64,000 bases of DNA from the human T2T-CHM13v2.0 reference genome, Homo sapiens: the NCBI RefSeq assembly GCF_009914755.1, contig NC_060945.1; one strand, 5' to 3'. The translations under genes were made by a program, and so were the position numbers. This document shows positions 42,702 to 55,765 of this stretch, in pieces (the stretch's first letter is position 1; the number at the start of each line of letters is the position of its first letter). A model generated the notes under the pieces. The model made no database searches. It had not been told where the DNA came from and saw nothing but the letters and a program-made list of their open reading frames with translations.

Positions 42702-42810
42702 TACAGACAGGGTTTTGCCTTGTTGGCCAGGCTGGTCTTGAACTCCTGACCACAAGTGATCCAGCCTCCCAAAGTGCTGGGATCACAGGCATGAGCCATC
42801 GTGCCTGGCC
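42629..42810 (-). mobile_element. Truncated Alu (left monomer plus linker) with linker expanded to T48
   Basis: T run 42652-42699 lies between GAATTTTTGCA and AGTACAGAC. Confidence 0.85.
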
Positions 42811-44395
42811 CAATTTCTGTTGTTTTAAGTGACATAGTTTGTAGTACTTTGTTACAGTAGCCCTAGGAAACGAATCCAACATTTTTCTAAAAATATGCAA
42901 ATGGCCAGTAAGCACTTGAAGATGCCCAGCATCATCAGCCATCAGGGTGAATCGAATCAAAGCCACAGTCAGCGAGCACTCGCACCCCTATGAGTGCTAG
43001 ACCCAAACAGGCAGGGAATAACCAGTGCCAATGAGAATGTGGAGCAACTGGAACCCTCGTACATTGCTGATGGGAATGAAACATGGTGCAGCTGCCCTGG
43101 GAAACAGTCTGACAGCTCCTCAAATGGCTAAACATAGAGTCACCATATGACCCAGCAATTCCACTCCTAGGTATATACCCAAAGGGAATGAACATGTGTA
43201 TCCACACAAGAACTTGTGCACGAATGTTCATAGCAACATTATTCACAGCAGTCAGAAAACAAAAGCAATCCAAATGTCCATCAACTGATGAATGGATAAA
43301 TAAAATTGGTATGCCCATACAATGGGATGTTATTTGGCAATAAATGAACAAGTAATATGAACTCATAAATAAACTACGATGTGGATGAACCTTGAAAACA
43401 TCATGCTAAGTGAAAGAAGCCACTCACAAAGGATCACATGTTGTATGATTCCCTGTATATGAAATGTCCAGAACAGGCAAATGAGTAGAGATAGAAAGTA
43501 GGTTAGTACCTAGGGCTGTAGAGGTTGAAGATACTGGGGGTGACAGATAAGGGATGTGGGGTTTCTTTGGGAAGCAATAAAAATGTTCTAAGATTGTAGC
43601 GATGGAGGCATGACTCTGTGAATATACAAAAATACTACTGAGTTGTATACTCAAATGGCTGAATTACATGGTATGTGAATTATATCTCAAGCTGTTTAAA
43701 ATGTAGATGGAATTATGAACACTGATCATCATCATTTGGCAATCATCATAGCTGTGATTAATTGGGGAGAAAGTAGAAAAAGGTAGTGGTATAATCTCAT
43801 ACTATCTTCCCACAAAATGTGAATTACAGGTATGTACAAAGGAGAAAATGATGCCTTCACAGTAGAGAAAGCTGGTAGATGTAACTTGGCTGGGTCATCA
43901 AGGGTCACAGTGCGAGGAGAGGTGGGTGCCAGGAGCCTCCTGCTGTGACACACGGAGGGAAGACAGCATCCTTCCTGGGGTCGCCAGACAAGAAATGATG
44001 GCCTGAGTCTGGTCACCAGGAATCACTGGCCAGACCCAGGTTAAGGGTCGCCCTATATGATGAAAGGCCTGTACTCCTCAAAACTGATAAGGACATGAGA
44101 CGCGGGGCAAGACGGGCTGAAAGAGACTCATGAAACCTGAAGACTTCACGTAGTACAGGCCCCTGGATGGGATTCTGGACCAGCGAGGAACAAGAGACGT
44201 TATGGGGATAGTTGGCAAAATTTGAGTGGGGCCTGTGGGGTGGAGGATGAGGTTGTATCACTGATGACGTCCTACATAGGAAAGCTGTATGGTGGTGTGT
44301 AGAAAAGAATTCTTGCTTGGGGAAGGCACACACTGGAGAATTTAGGAGTGCTGGGTGTATGGCTTGCTTTCAAATCGTTCAGAAAAAGACTAATG

Positions 44396-44398
<3 letters not shown>

Positions 44399-44444
<46 letters not shown>
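44399..44444. repeat. (TG)n microsatellite
   Basis: Direct observation. Confidence 0.95.
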
Positions 44445-44446
<2 letters not shown>

Positions 44447-45519
44447 CTGTGGAGAGAATAAGGCTGACAGGATAAAGGAGGTAAAATGCTAACAGCTGAG
44501 AACTGTGCATGAAATAGATACACATCCTCTTTATCCTCTTCATACTGTTCTTGCAACTTTTCTGTTGGAATTAACACCAAATACATAGTTTAAAAGGGCT
44601 ATCAGATCATAGAACGAACTACCTCACCACCACTATATACCTAGAAAGATTGTTTAAATGAATTTTTCTGCATCACCTCTACAAAAAATCATTACAGATG
44701 TGTGTGAGAGAGAGAGAGAAGAAAAAGGACAATTAAAAAAAAAAGAGCAGCAGTGACAATGAAAAAAGGAGGTCTGCTTTTAAGTACTCTAACAACACAA
44801 TGTTTATACAAAAAGAATGTTGGGGCCTCGAGAATAAGAACAGAGACGCTCAAGCTCCCAGATACTCCTCAGGTGTCACCTAAAGCTGTTTTCACAAGTT
44901 GCACTGCACACTCACTTCATGGTTAGAGATGAGACACAGACACAGACTCCCTTCACCCCAAATGAAGGAAGCATCATGGTCCCAACATCCACAGGCTCAC
45001 CACTCATTCCAGCCCCCGTTTGGAATCTGTAGAGTTCTTAGGCTGCAGGGCTGTGATTTTCATAAAGTGGTTGCGTTTGCAGCAGTGATAAGACATAAGC
45101 TTGGTTTTAAGTCCTCTCCACCAAAGTCATATGATGGGGTGGAACCTTCCTGGAACAGATGGACCCTCGGAAGAATCTTCTGGGCTGAGGAAGTGGTTTG
45201 GCAGGAAAATAGAAGGGGTAATTCCAGGCCTGAGGGTGCAGTACAGAGCAGGGAAAAGAAGAGGTGCTACAAGAGTCAAGCAAAGACATAGGCCTGCTGA
45301 GGAGGCTGGGGAGGGTGGTGAACTACAAGGGAATAGGGGAAGGAGACTCTGAAGCCTCCAAGAGTAAAGACATGGTTTTGGGGATACAGCCAGTGTCGGC
45401 AAAGTATAGGCACTGGAAAGCCTTCTCAGGGCAACATGCAAGAGAGAAGGTGGGAATGTAAAGAAAGGGGCCTGGCAGAGAGGTCAGGGTCAGTAAAGCA
45501 CACACCAGAGGATCCTGGG

Positions 45520-45885
45520 TGTATTAGTTCATTATCGTTCTGCTATAAAGGACTGCTTGAGACTGGAAAATTTATAAAGGAAAGAGGTTTAATTGACTCA
45601 CAGTTCTGCATGGCTGGGAGACCTCAGGAAACTTACAATTATGGCGGAAGGGGAAGCAAACGTGTCCTTCACATGATGGCAGGAAGGAGAAGTGCTGAGC
45701 AAAAGGGGGAAAAGCCCCTTATAAAACCATCAGATCTCATCAGAACTCACTATTATGAGAACAGGATGAGGGTAACCACCCAGTGATTCAATTAATTCCC
45801 ACCGGGTCTGTCTCATAACACGTGGGGATTAAGGGAAGTACAATTCAAGATGATATTTGGGTGGGGACACAGCTAAACCATATCA
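45520..45885 (-). mobile_element. THE1 (THE1C-like) solo LTR
   Basis: GAGGTTTAATTGACTCACAGTTC; AAACCATATCA end; perfect TSD CTGGG. Confidence 0.92.
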
Positions 45886-46046
45886 CTGGGTTTCTAAACG
45901 AGCCGCCAAATGTAATTCTCAGAGTCTTCACTTCAAAGACAAGGTCATTAAGACATGTGCTTTTGGCACCTCGTTCCTGCCTCTGGTGCATGACACACAA
46001 TTGGTTTTTTGCTCTTTTTACTCATTTCTCCTCATCGAATCCTCCC

Positions 46047-46403
46047 TATCTTAGCTCAGGCTGCTATAACAAAGTATCATGACTGATGACTTATAAACAA
46101 GAGATATTTATTTCTCACAGTTCTGGAGGCTGGTAGCCTGACATCAGGGTGCCAGCATGATCGAGTTATGGGGAGGACCCTCTTCCGAGTTGCAGACTTA
46201 ACTTCTTGCTGTATCCTCACATAGTGGAAAGTGAGTGAGAGAGCTCCTGGGGTCCCTTTTAAAAGGGCACTAATCCCATTCACGAGGGCTCCACCCTCAC
46301 GACCTCATCACCTCCTAAAGGCCCCACCTCCTAATATCATCCCACTGGGCATTAGATTTCAACATATGGATTTTCGGGGTACATAAGCATTCAGTCTATA
46401 TCA
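46047..46403 (-). mobile_element. MLT1A/MLT1A0 solo LTR
   Basis: TTTATTTCTCACAGTTCTGGAGGCTGG; GGCACTAATCCCATTCACGAGGGCTCCACCCTC. Confidence 0.88.
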
Positions 46404-46409
46404 CTCCTC

Positions 46410-47700
46410 CCATTTTTAATAATAATATTGGAGATATTGATTCACTGTCTCTTGACATCCATTCCTGCAAATGTGACATCTGTTCTCAGTTTAAGTTTTA
46501 TTTATATTTGTCTTCTTTCTAAAATCTCATAAGACTGTTCTATCTTTGCATTTCATTACATCATGACTAAGTGAAGGTTCGTTTGTCGTGGTGCAGCATT
46601 GATTGTATACACAGTAGCAGGGAACTTACTTTAATTCTGTGTCTTTCTTTAATTCTAAAAGTTCTCACCTGAGTTTTCCACGTATCTCCATCTGAAACAC
46701 TTATGAGGTGTGTGTTGGAGCCTCTCAACCAGTTTTCTAAGTCGCTTAACTGTTCTTGCATATTTTTTATTCTCTTTATCTTTCTGAGATGCATTCTGGG
46801 TGAATTCTTGAGCATCGTTAACTAATTCCCTTCTCAGCTGCATCAAGTATGGAGCTTGATTTTATGTCTTCAGTCTTGTATTTCAATAACCATATTTTTC
46901 ATTCCAAGGATTTTTTATTTTGTTCATGTTCACCTGTACTTCTTCCATTTCTGCCACTGTTTGTTTCCTAATTTCTCATCCTTCATTTCTGGGAGGACCT
47001 AAACCACATTTATTAGAAAGTCATTTTCCTATTTTGCTGTTGTTTTCATTTCTCTGGGAATTCATTCTCCAGGTGATTGATTTTTTTCAAACTTGCTGTT
47101 CTTTCTTAACATTTGCTTCCTTCATTCCTTTTGAAATCTTAGTTTGCAGAGTCATCTTAAAGGGGAGTCCCCTTTCCTTGCTTTCTGTGATACCCCCTGC
47201 TGCCATCACACACACCTCCTCATGTTCCCCAGACCAGAACCGGAGGTTACATGGCAGCTGGGGCTATGAGGATATGGAGGTTCCTGCTGGTAGCTTGGCT
47301 TAGGGCACAGCTATGAGGCCCCTCTGCCTCCTCCCACCTCCCCGGGTGCACAGTTACCTAGCGGCTATAGTCCCAGATGGTGTTGGTAGCATTCTTCAGT
47401 CTCCAGCATTCTAAAGTCTCAGTCTTTAGTTTCAAGCCTGTCCTTGGTCACCTGCCACACCTGGGACACCTATAGTCCTTCTTATCCCACAGGAGCTGAG
47501 GTTGTAACTGCCTTTCCTGTATCCAGACCCAGAGGCCAGCACACCTGTGGATTCAGCCCCACCTCCATGTTGAGTTTCTCTTGTTTCTTGCCCAAGGACA
47601 TGCTACTTACCCAATTTTGATATCAACTATGCATTTTAAGTACCATTCCTTAAGTTTTTTTCCTGTCCTATCACTTCTATATATCAGAATGAAATGGAGT
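46410..47700 (-). mobile_element. Old L1M/HAL1-type 5' and ORF1 region (degenerate)
   Basis: Minus-strand peptide LSDLENWLRGSNTHLISVSDG resembles the ORF1p motif LRDLEDRSRRSNIRLIGVPE. Confidence 0.6.
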
Positions 47701-47860
47701 TGAAGGGCCCTCAGTGCATGAAATTACAATGCTATAATCCTGGGACTTGCCATTCACTTTCACCTTGAATTTCTTTATCTCTAACTTTAATTGTCTTGTA
47801 CTTGCTGTATTGTTTCAAACCATCTTAAATCCTTCCAATAACTAGGAATGGGATACATAC

Positions 47861-48010
47861 TGTGTTAGTCCCCTATGGCTGCAATAATGAAGTACCAGAA
47901 ACTAGGTGGCTTAGAACAACAGAAATCTTATCCCACAGTTCTGGAGGCCAGAGTCTGAGATTGAGGTGTCAGCAGGGCCACACTTCCTCTGAAACTGGCA
48001 GGGGAAAATG
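47861..48010 (-). mobile_element. MLT1 (MLT1C-like) LTR fragment
   Basis: GGTGGCTTAGAACAACAGAAAT...CACAGTTCTGGAGGCCAGAGTCTGAGAT. Confidence 0.75.
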
Positions 48011-48170
48011 TTTCCAGGTGGACTGGTTAATCATCTCTGCTTAAGGAAAAGGAGACAGAAGCCCCCAGGGGTGTGATCTTCCTAAGGTGACATAGCAGGT
48101 CATTTGCAAAATGGGGATGGGGTAACATTAAGTGAAAAGAGTAAAATTATCAAGTGAAAAAAAGTATACT

Positions 48171-48544
<374 letters not shown>

Positions 48545-50118
48545 TTAATTACTTAAGGCAACCCATCTATGTATCTATATCTATAAACATACAGGTAGAA
48601 GTTTCATGCATATGATATCGTATGATATATGTCTATATCCAGCTACCTATCTGTATATATATTTAGCTAGACAGTATGACAAATGTCAAACCTAAGATGA
48701 ATCCACAGCTATTCAAAACAGCAGCCTTGTTTAAAATATGGGAGAAATAAAACCACCCACAAAGTTTAATTAGTGAATTTCCTTACCAGTCCGGCTTCTC
48801 TAGCAAGCAGTAAGTTCAAAATCCCTAACTATTTCCCTGCAATCCTTCATTGCTCACCCAGTGGGGCAGAAGGCAGATCTTGTCCAAGACAGCCATGAAC
48901 ACATTACACGATTCACCGGGAGACTCCTCCAGCACCTTGACCTGCAAATTTCCAAAGGAGCTGCTCCGCTGTCAGCTCTCACCTAGAGGATGCCCCAGGG
49001 GGCAGGGCACAGCACCACATCTTTGCTCTCTGGGGTTCACTTGTCCAGGGCTTGGAGCCTGCAGGGAAAGAGGCTGCGTATCCGGCAAACCCATCTCTCC
49101 CAAACTAGCATTTCAATCCCCCAGCCCTGCATGTCTGCCTCATGACAAAGCTATTCTATGAGCTTATATCTCTCAGGGCACGACTTGGATTTTCAGTTTT
49201 AGAGCCCTGAGTGATGGGTTGTCTCAGTTGGTCCTCAAATCTCTTTCCTTTGTGTGTTTTTTGTTGTTGTGGTGGTTGTTATTTTTTGTTTGTTTATTTT
49301 TGTTTTTGTAGCTCTAGGAAACCTCTATGATTCTACTCTGTCAAAAAGAATCTACAAAGCCCCCTCTCTTCCGTTGGGTAAAATCCAAGGACCCATTGGT
49401 ACCTGATCCATTTTGAGAAACACAAGCCCTGGGGAGATATTTGCCCAGCTGTGGGGAGCCACTCTTTGGAGCAGTTCACTGTTTGTAGGATGGTGAGGAG
49501 AGAGGAAGGGGACAGGGTGAAGTCTTAACTCATGCTCACATCCAGACAGACTTTTTTAATCGCAAGTAGCATCCATTCAGTTTCTCTAATCAGCTTCAAA
49601 GACCTCGTAAGGCTCCCATTACCATTGTGTGGCTGGTAATTCTGTGTCACAACTAATTACTGCCTAATAGCTGTCACAGATGCAGAGTCTCCAGTTTAAA
49701 AGCCAAGTCGATTTCTTCCTGCATTCAGACCTCGTCTGCCCCTGAGTGGTGCAGATTACATGAGGTAATACGGCAGTTATTTCTACCTGCTGCAGTTCAT
49801 CAGCTCCATCTCCAGCTGAGGTAGCCGCCCGTCCCCCTTGGACAAAGATTATTTGTCATTAAAATGCTCAGGCTCGCTCACACTCTCTTTTTTCAATCTG
49901 GATGTTGCCTACACTTTGAGAAAGGTTTTTGAAGAAAGATTAGCAGGATTAGGAAAGGTTCACATATGTTCAGCCTCACTCTTGGTATTCAAGACATCAC
50001 AACCCTGCACCACCCAGGAAGCACAAGAAAATGGAGCACAGGCAGAGGCCCGGGAGGGGCTGGGGGGTGAGGGGGAAGCTGTGTGGCTCCCCCACCAATA
50101 ATACAAAGCTGGAGTCAA

Positions 50119-50171
50119 ATGCAAATCTGGGGGTGTTTTACGCTGGGGAATTCCCAGGCAGTTTCCTAGAA
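50119..50171. promoter_or_regulatory. Octamer, NF-kB and BCL6/STAT motif cluster
   Basis: ATGCAAAT 50119-50126; GGGGAATTCCC 50145-50155; TTCCTAGAA 50163-50171. Confidence 0.45.
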
Positions 50172-51352
50172 TTTTTTAAATTAATTTTTCTATTTCCATA
50201 GGTTATTGGGGAACAGGTGGTGTTTGGTTACATGAGTAAGTTCTTTAGCGGTGATTTGTGAGATTTTGGTGCACCTGTCACCCGAGCAGTGTACACTGTA
50301 CCCAATTTGTGATATTTTATCCCTCACCCCCTTCCCACCCTTTCCCCTTGAGTCCCCAAAGTCCATTGTGTCATTCTTATGCCTTTGCATCCTCACAGCT
50401 TAGTTCCCACTTATGAGTGAGAACATATGATGTTTGGTTTTTCCATTCCTGAGTTATTTTACTTAGAATAAGAGTCTCCAATCGCATCCAGGTCGCTGCG
50501 AAGGCCATTAATTCATTTCTTTTTATGCCTAACTAGTTTTCCATCATATATGTCACAGTTTCTTTATCCAGTCATTGATTGGTGGGCATTTGGGTTGGTT
50601 CCATGATTTTGCAATTGTGAATTGTGCAGCCATAAACATGCGTGTGCAAGTATCTTTTTTTGTATAATGACTTCTTTTTCTCTGGGTAGATATCCAGTAG
50701 TGGGCTTACTGGGTCAAATGGTAGATCTACTTTTAGTTCTTTAAGAAAACTCCACACTGTTTTCCATAGTGGTTGTACTAGTTTACATTCCCACCAGCAG
50801 TGTAGAAGTGTTCCCTTTTCACCGCATCCACGCCAACATCTATTATTTTTTGTTTTTTTGATTATGGCCATTCTTGCAGGAGTAAGGTAGTGTTGCCTTG
50901 TGGTTTTGATTTGCATTTCCCTGATCCTTACTGATGTTGAGCATTTTTTCATATGTTTGTTGGCCATTTGTATATCTTCTAAGAATTGTCTATTCATGTC
51001 TTTAGCCCACTTTTTGATGGGATTATTTGTTTGTTTGTTTCTTGCTAACATGTTTGAGTTGGTTGTAGATTCTGGATATTAGTCCTTTGTCAGACGTATA
51101 GATTATGAAGATTTTCTCCCACTCTGTGGGTTGTCTGTTTACTCTGCTGACTGTTTTGCTGTGCAAAAGCTCTGTAGTTTAATTAAATCCCAGCTATTTA
51201 TTTTTGTTTTATTGCATTTTCTTTGGGGTTCTTGGTCATGAAATCCTTGCCTAAGCCAATGTCTAGAAGAGTTTTTCCAATGTTATCTTCCAGAATTTTT
51301 AGTTTCAGGTCTTAGATCCATCTTGAGTTGATTTTTGTATAAGGTGAGAGAG
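50172..51352 (-). mobile_element. L1PB1-like 5'-truncated LINE-1
   Basis: L1PB-type 3'UTR; ORF2 C-terminal cysteine-rich remnant [19 protein letters not shown] in ORF 50572-51051. Confidence 0.9.
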
Positions 51353-51676
51353 GGAACTTTTGTTTTTAGCGCTGTTTTCTTTTCTCTTCCTGTGTGATTA
51401 TTTGTCTCCTTTTGAGAGCCTGACCAGCAAAGGAGAAGGGAGGTGTCAGAGGCAGGACTCAACAACTTGGCCTTGAGGCAGGTTCTAAGAGCCATGCCCC
51501 ACCCAACAGCTGACCCTTGGCAGTCCTTCTGTCTACTTTTTCTTGCCTTAGCTACCTTCTCAAGGGCACCAAATGAAGGAAGGGTCATGGCTCCCAGGTC
51601 CTGTGAGAAAAACCTGTTCCCAAGTTGGAATATTTCATTGAGTTAAACTTCTAACCAATCTGCACTGATCACTGGG

Positions 51677-52048
51677 TGTCTTAGTCCATTCGGGCTGCTC
51701 TAACAAAATATCTTAGACTAGGTAATTTATAAATAATAGAAATTTATGTCTCACAGTTCTGGAGGCTGGAAAGTTTAAGATCAAGGTGCCAGCAGATTTT
51801 GTGTCTGGTGAAGCCTCCATCTCTGCTCCACAGAGGGCACCTTTTCCTGTGTCCTCAGACAGTAGAAGGGCAAAAAGGAACTAACAGACTCCCTCAAACC
51901 CTTTTATAAGAACACTAATCCCATCCATGAAGGTGGAGCCCTCATGACATAAACCACCTCTTAAAGGCCCCATCGCCTAATACTATGGCAGTGGGGATTA
52001 GGTTTCAACATGAATTTAAGGAGGGAGGCAAACACTCAAACTGTAGCA
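51677..52048 (-). mobile_element. MLT1A-type solo LTR
   Basis: TGTCTTAGTCCATTCGGGCTGCT start; TSD CTGGG/CTGAG. Confidence 0.85.
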
Positions 52049-52079
52049 CTGAGTACCAAGAAGAATTAAAAAGGGGAAA

Positions 52080-53640
52080 AGAAATGGCTAGGTAGTCTTA
52101 GAATCTTCCCAAATCTCCCTGTAAAATAGAAAGAGCAACTAGAATAGCAAAGCGAAAAGAGCCATGGACAGTATCCACAACAGAGCTGGTAGTGAGGTAA
52201 TCCTCCCAGACACCAAATACTAACAGGTCTGGGCAAAGCATTTACAGTTCAAGAACTGTGTGGTGGCAGCATTAGTGCCGGAAGAAGACACGTGATAAAA
52301 ACTGTGGTTCTGAAGATACTGAGAGCTTGAGAATCACACAATCACCTGCAGGTATTCACCAGAGGGCACAGCAAGACCATCTGAGTACAGCAACCAAAAC
52401 CAGGAGAGCTATCTGAAAACCCAATGCATGGCTAAGTGCAAGAGGACTGTGATACAATAAGGTCTGATGGTGTCGGGGTGATTTGAGCTCCATATGCCCT
52501 CAAAGTGAACAGAGTCTCTTCCAATACAAAGCCTTGCACTGATGAGTATCTGGGCAGATCAATACAGGCAAGGAAAAAAGATCCAGATAAATGGGATGGG
52601 GGTGGGCAGAGCAGAAGAGGCAGCTCTCAAAACCTTTGGAGATTTTTGTTTTATTTCCTTGCGAAAGGAACAGGAGAGGGAGCTCTAGAGCCTTTGAACT
52701 GGAAAGGTTGCCCCAGCATACCCTTCACTCCTAAAAGTATAGGAAAATTCATTTCATTTAGAAAATAAACAACAGAAAAGCATTGTGGTAAAAACTTATA
52801 AAAAGTTAAGAAGGAAAAAATGAAAAGAAAGAGCAGAAAAAATTCCTACAAAACGATGAAAGCGTGTCCAAAAGGAATGCCCACAAAACATTTCAAATAT
52901 TATGAAACAAGTTAAAGAAAATTAAGAAAATGATAGAAGCTATGAAAGAATAACATACCTCAGAATTAGAAAAAAAGCTCAGAAATAAGGTGACTGGAGA
53001 AAAAAAATGCTTGAAAAGAGGGATGGCACAGTTTAGAAAATAACTAGAAATATAAAAAGAAAGGTCTGGAGAAAGACACTGATGTAAGAAATCATAGAAA
53101 TACAAAGGACAGAAGAGCATGTTAAATGACACTGTGGGACGCAATGAATTCCGGACTGTGGAAAATTCTAAGTCAAATGGCTCCGTTTTTTCAACAACAA
53201 AAATGGAGGGGTTAAAAAGAAAGAAAGAAGAGGAAATGTATAAAGAAAAGAGATTTATAAGTCATTTCAAGCAAATGCAAAGTAGGAATCTTATTTCAGT
53301 TCTGGTTCAAACAATCAATTTTTTAAAATATAAAGCAACCAGGAAAATATAAACATGACAATATTTAATAATATTAAGGGATTAATATTTTTAAGTATAA
53401 TAAAAATATTGTGATTTTTTAAAAATAATGATTATCTATTAGAGATGCATACTGAAACGTTTATAAATAACAGTACTTAATGTCTGGGCTCACTACAAAT
53501 TATCCAGGAACAGTGGGAACAGAGGCAGATATAGAAGAACAAGATTATCCTGTATTGATATATATCAAAGCTGATTGATGAGTACTTGATTGTTCTTTGT
53601 ATTATACTCTCTACTTTTGACTGTCTGAATATTACTGTAA
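52080..53640 (+). mobile_element. Degenerate old L1 (L1M/HAL1 5' region plus L1MC-like 3' end)
   Basis: A-rich ORF1-like relics; TAGAGATGCATACTGAA and TTATACTCTCTACTTTT 3' motifs. Confidence 0.55.
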
Positions 53641-53819
53641 TTCAAAGCTTAATGAACAAACAAATAATAAGGGAAGTCTTAGAGCTTGGCATCCACCAGG
53701 AAGGAATACCTTTTGCTTCTTTCCTGAGAGGGCTGTGCTACCTGGAGAGGGTTTCAATAGATGCAGACATACATTGTAACCCATCCCCTTCAGCCCTTCT
53801 TCCCATTCAAGTGTTCCAG

Positions 53820-53990
53820 TATATTTGTCCCTAAACTGAACTAGATGTGTTACTCTGTCACTTGCTAGAATATAAGATCTATGAAGGCAAGAATTTGTCA
53901 ATTGTGTTACCATTGTATCCCCAGGACCCAGAATAGTGCCTGGCACGTAATAGGCCTTCTGTAAATATTTGCTGTTTAATTGAGTGAATC
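53820..53990 (+). mobile_element. L2 3' end
   Basis: CTAGAATATAAGATCTATGAAGGCAAG...CCCAGAATAGTGCCTGGCAC. Confidence 0.75.
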
Positions 53991-54455
53991 GTCATGACTG
54001 ATCCCAGGACATAATCCCAGGCTGTAACTACCACTGTGTGTTTTTTCTTGGAGAGAAGAGGGAGAATTCTTTACTTTGTAGACCTAAGCTTGGGTTACCT
54101 GCAGAAGTGGCCTCTAAAATGTGAGATAAACAATGTCTGACCTTGTAGCAATGGAGAACTTCAGGCAGCTGCTGAGCTGCTGAAGGTCCACAGAGTGTGA
54201 AAGGACTGAGCAATGTGACTAATGATTGCTTCCCTTTGCAAAGTATCCAGTATCCAGTATTCAGCCAATAAGCCTTACATTAGATGTAGTGTTAAATATG
54301 TTGGTAATTGATGGGAATAAATAAATGTAAATTTTATATATTATTTGTTTACATACGTGATATTACAAAATATATATTTGGCCTTCCTCCCTGTTTCCTG
54401 GCATACAACACTTAACGTCAACATCCTTGGACTCTTCAAAGTGGTGTGTCTTATT

Positions 54456-55443
54456 TGTAGGGAAAAGAAAGAGAAATCAGACTGTTACTGTGTCTATGCA
54501 GAAAAGGAAGACATAAGAAATTCCATCTTGATCTGTGCCAAGAAAATTGTTTTGCTGTTAATCTGTAACTTTAGCCCCAACCCTGTGCTCACAGAAACAT
54601 GTGCTGTATGGAATCAAGGTTTAAGGGATCTAGGGCCGTGCAGGATGTGCCTTGTTAACAATATGTTTACAGGCAGTATGCTTGGTAAAAGTCATCGCCA
54701 TTCTCCATTCTCGATTAACCAGGGGCACAATGCACTGCGGAAAGCCACAGGGACCTCTGCCCAAGAAAGCTTGGGTATTCTCCAAGGTTTCCCCCCATTG
54801 AGACAGCCTGAGATACGGCCTCGTGGGAAGGGAAAGACCTGACCGTCTCCCAGCCCGACACCCGTAAAGGGTCTGTGCTGAGGAGGATTAGTAAAAGAGG
54901 AAGGCCTCTTGCAGTTGAGTTAAGAGGAAGGCCTCCATCTCCTGCATGTCGCTGGGAATGGAATGTCTCGGTGTAAAACCCAATCATACATTCGTTCTAT
55001 TCTGAGATAGAAGAAAACTGCCCTGTGGCTGAAGGCGAGATATGCTGGCGGCAATGCTGCTCTGTTACGCTTTGCTACACTGAGATGTTTGGGTGGAGAG
55101 AAGCATAAATCTGGCCTACGTGCACATCCAGGCATAGTGCCTTCCCTTGAACTTATTTATGACACAGATTCTTTTGCTCACAAGTTTTCCTGCTGACCTT
55201 CTCCCCATTATCACCCTGTTCTCCTGCCGCATTCCTCTTGCCGAGATAGTGAAAACAGTAATCAATAAGTACTGAGGGAACTCAGAGACCGGTGCCGGTG
55301 TGGGTCCTCCATATGCTGAGCGCTGGTTCCCTGGGCCCACTGTTTTTTCTCTATACTTTGTCTCTGTGTCTTATTTCTTTTCTCAGTCTCTTGTCCCACC
55401 TGATGAGAAATACCCACAGGTGTGGAGGGGCTGGCCCCCTTCA
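54456..55443 (+). mobile_element. HERV-K(HML-2) solo LTR, LTR5B-type, full length (988 bp)
   Basis: TGTAGGGAAAAGAAAGAGAAATCAGACTGTTACTGTGTC start; GGGGCTGGCCCCCTTCA end; TSD TTATT/TTGTT. Confidence 0.92.
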
Positions 55444-55765
55444 TTGTTGAAGCTAATGAGTTGACTGGTAGCTGGGGGCCTATAGGTAGCTTCAGGAAGG
55501 TGGCTGCTCACTAAAAAGATCAATTCAGGATTAGAGTTGGGACTTTCAGCCCAAGCTCCAACCCCTGAGGAAGAGAGAGGGGTTGAAGGTTAAGTTGATT
55601 GCCAATGACCAGTGATTTATCCAATCATGCCTACACACTGAATCTTCCATAAAAACCTCCAAAGGAATGAGTTTGGAGAGCTTCCCAATAGCTGAACAGG
55701 TTGCAGTTCCTCGAGGGTGGAGCACCCGGGGAGGGCATGAAAGTACCATGTCCCTTCACCCATAC

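Larger units (their letters stand above)
41560..44590 (+). mobile_element. L1MC-type 3' region with nested MST LTR, Alu, MLT1 end and L1MB (about 42890-43700)
   Basis: L1MC motifs CAGATCTTGGTTTCTAAATACC and CCTGGATGGGATTCTGGACCAG; L1MB CCATATGACCCAGCAATTCCACTCCTAGGTATATACCC. Confidence 0.75.

Noticed and set aside
50572-51051. 159-aa ORF with a Cys/His motif
   Set aside because: C-terminal remnant of L1 ORF2p in a truncated L1PB, not a host gene
54345-54842. 165-aa ORF
   Set aside because: Chance read-through across the MER21/LTR5B junction; no gag, pol or env sequence is present
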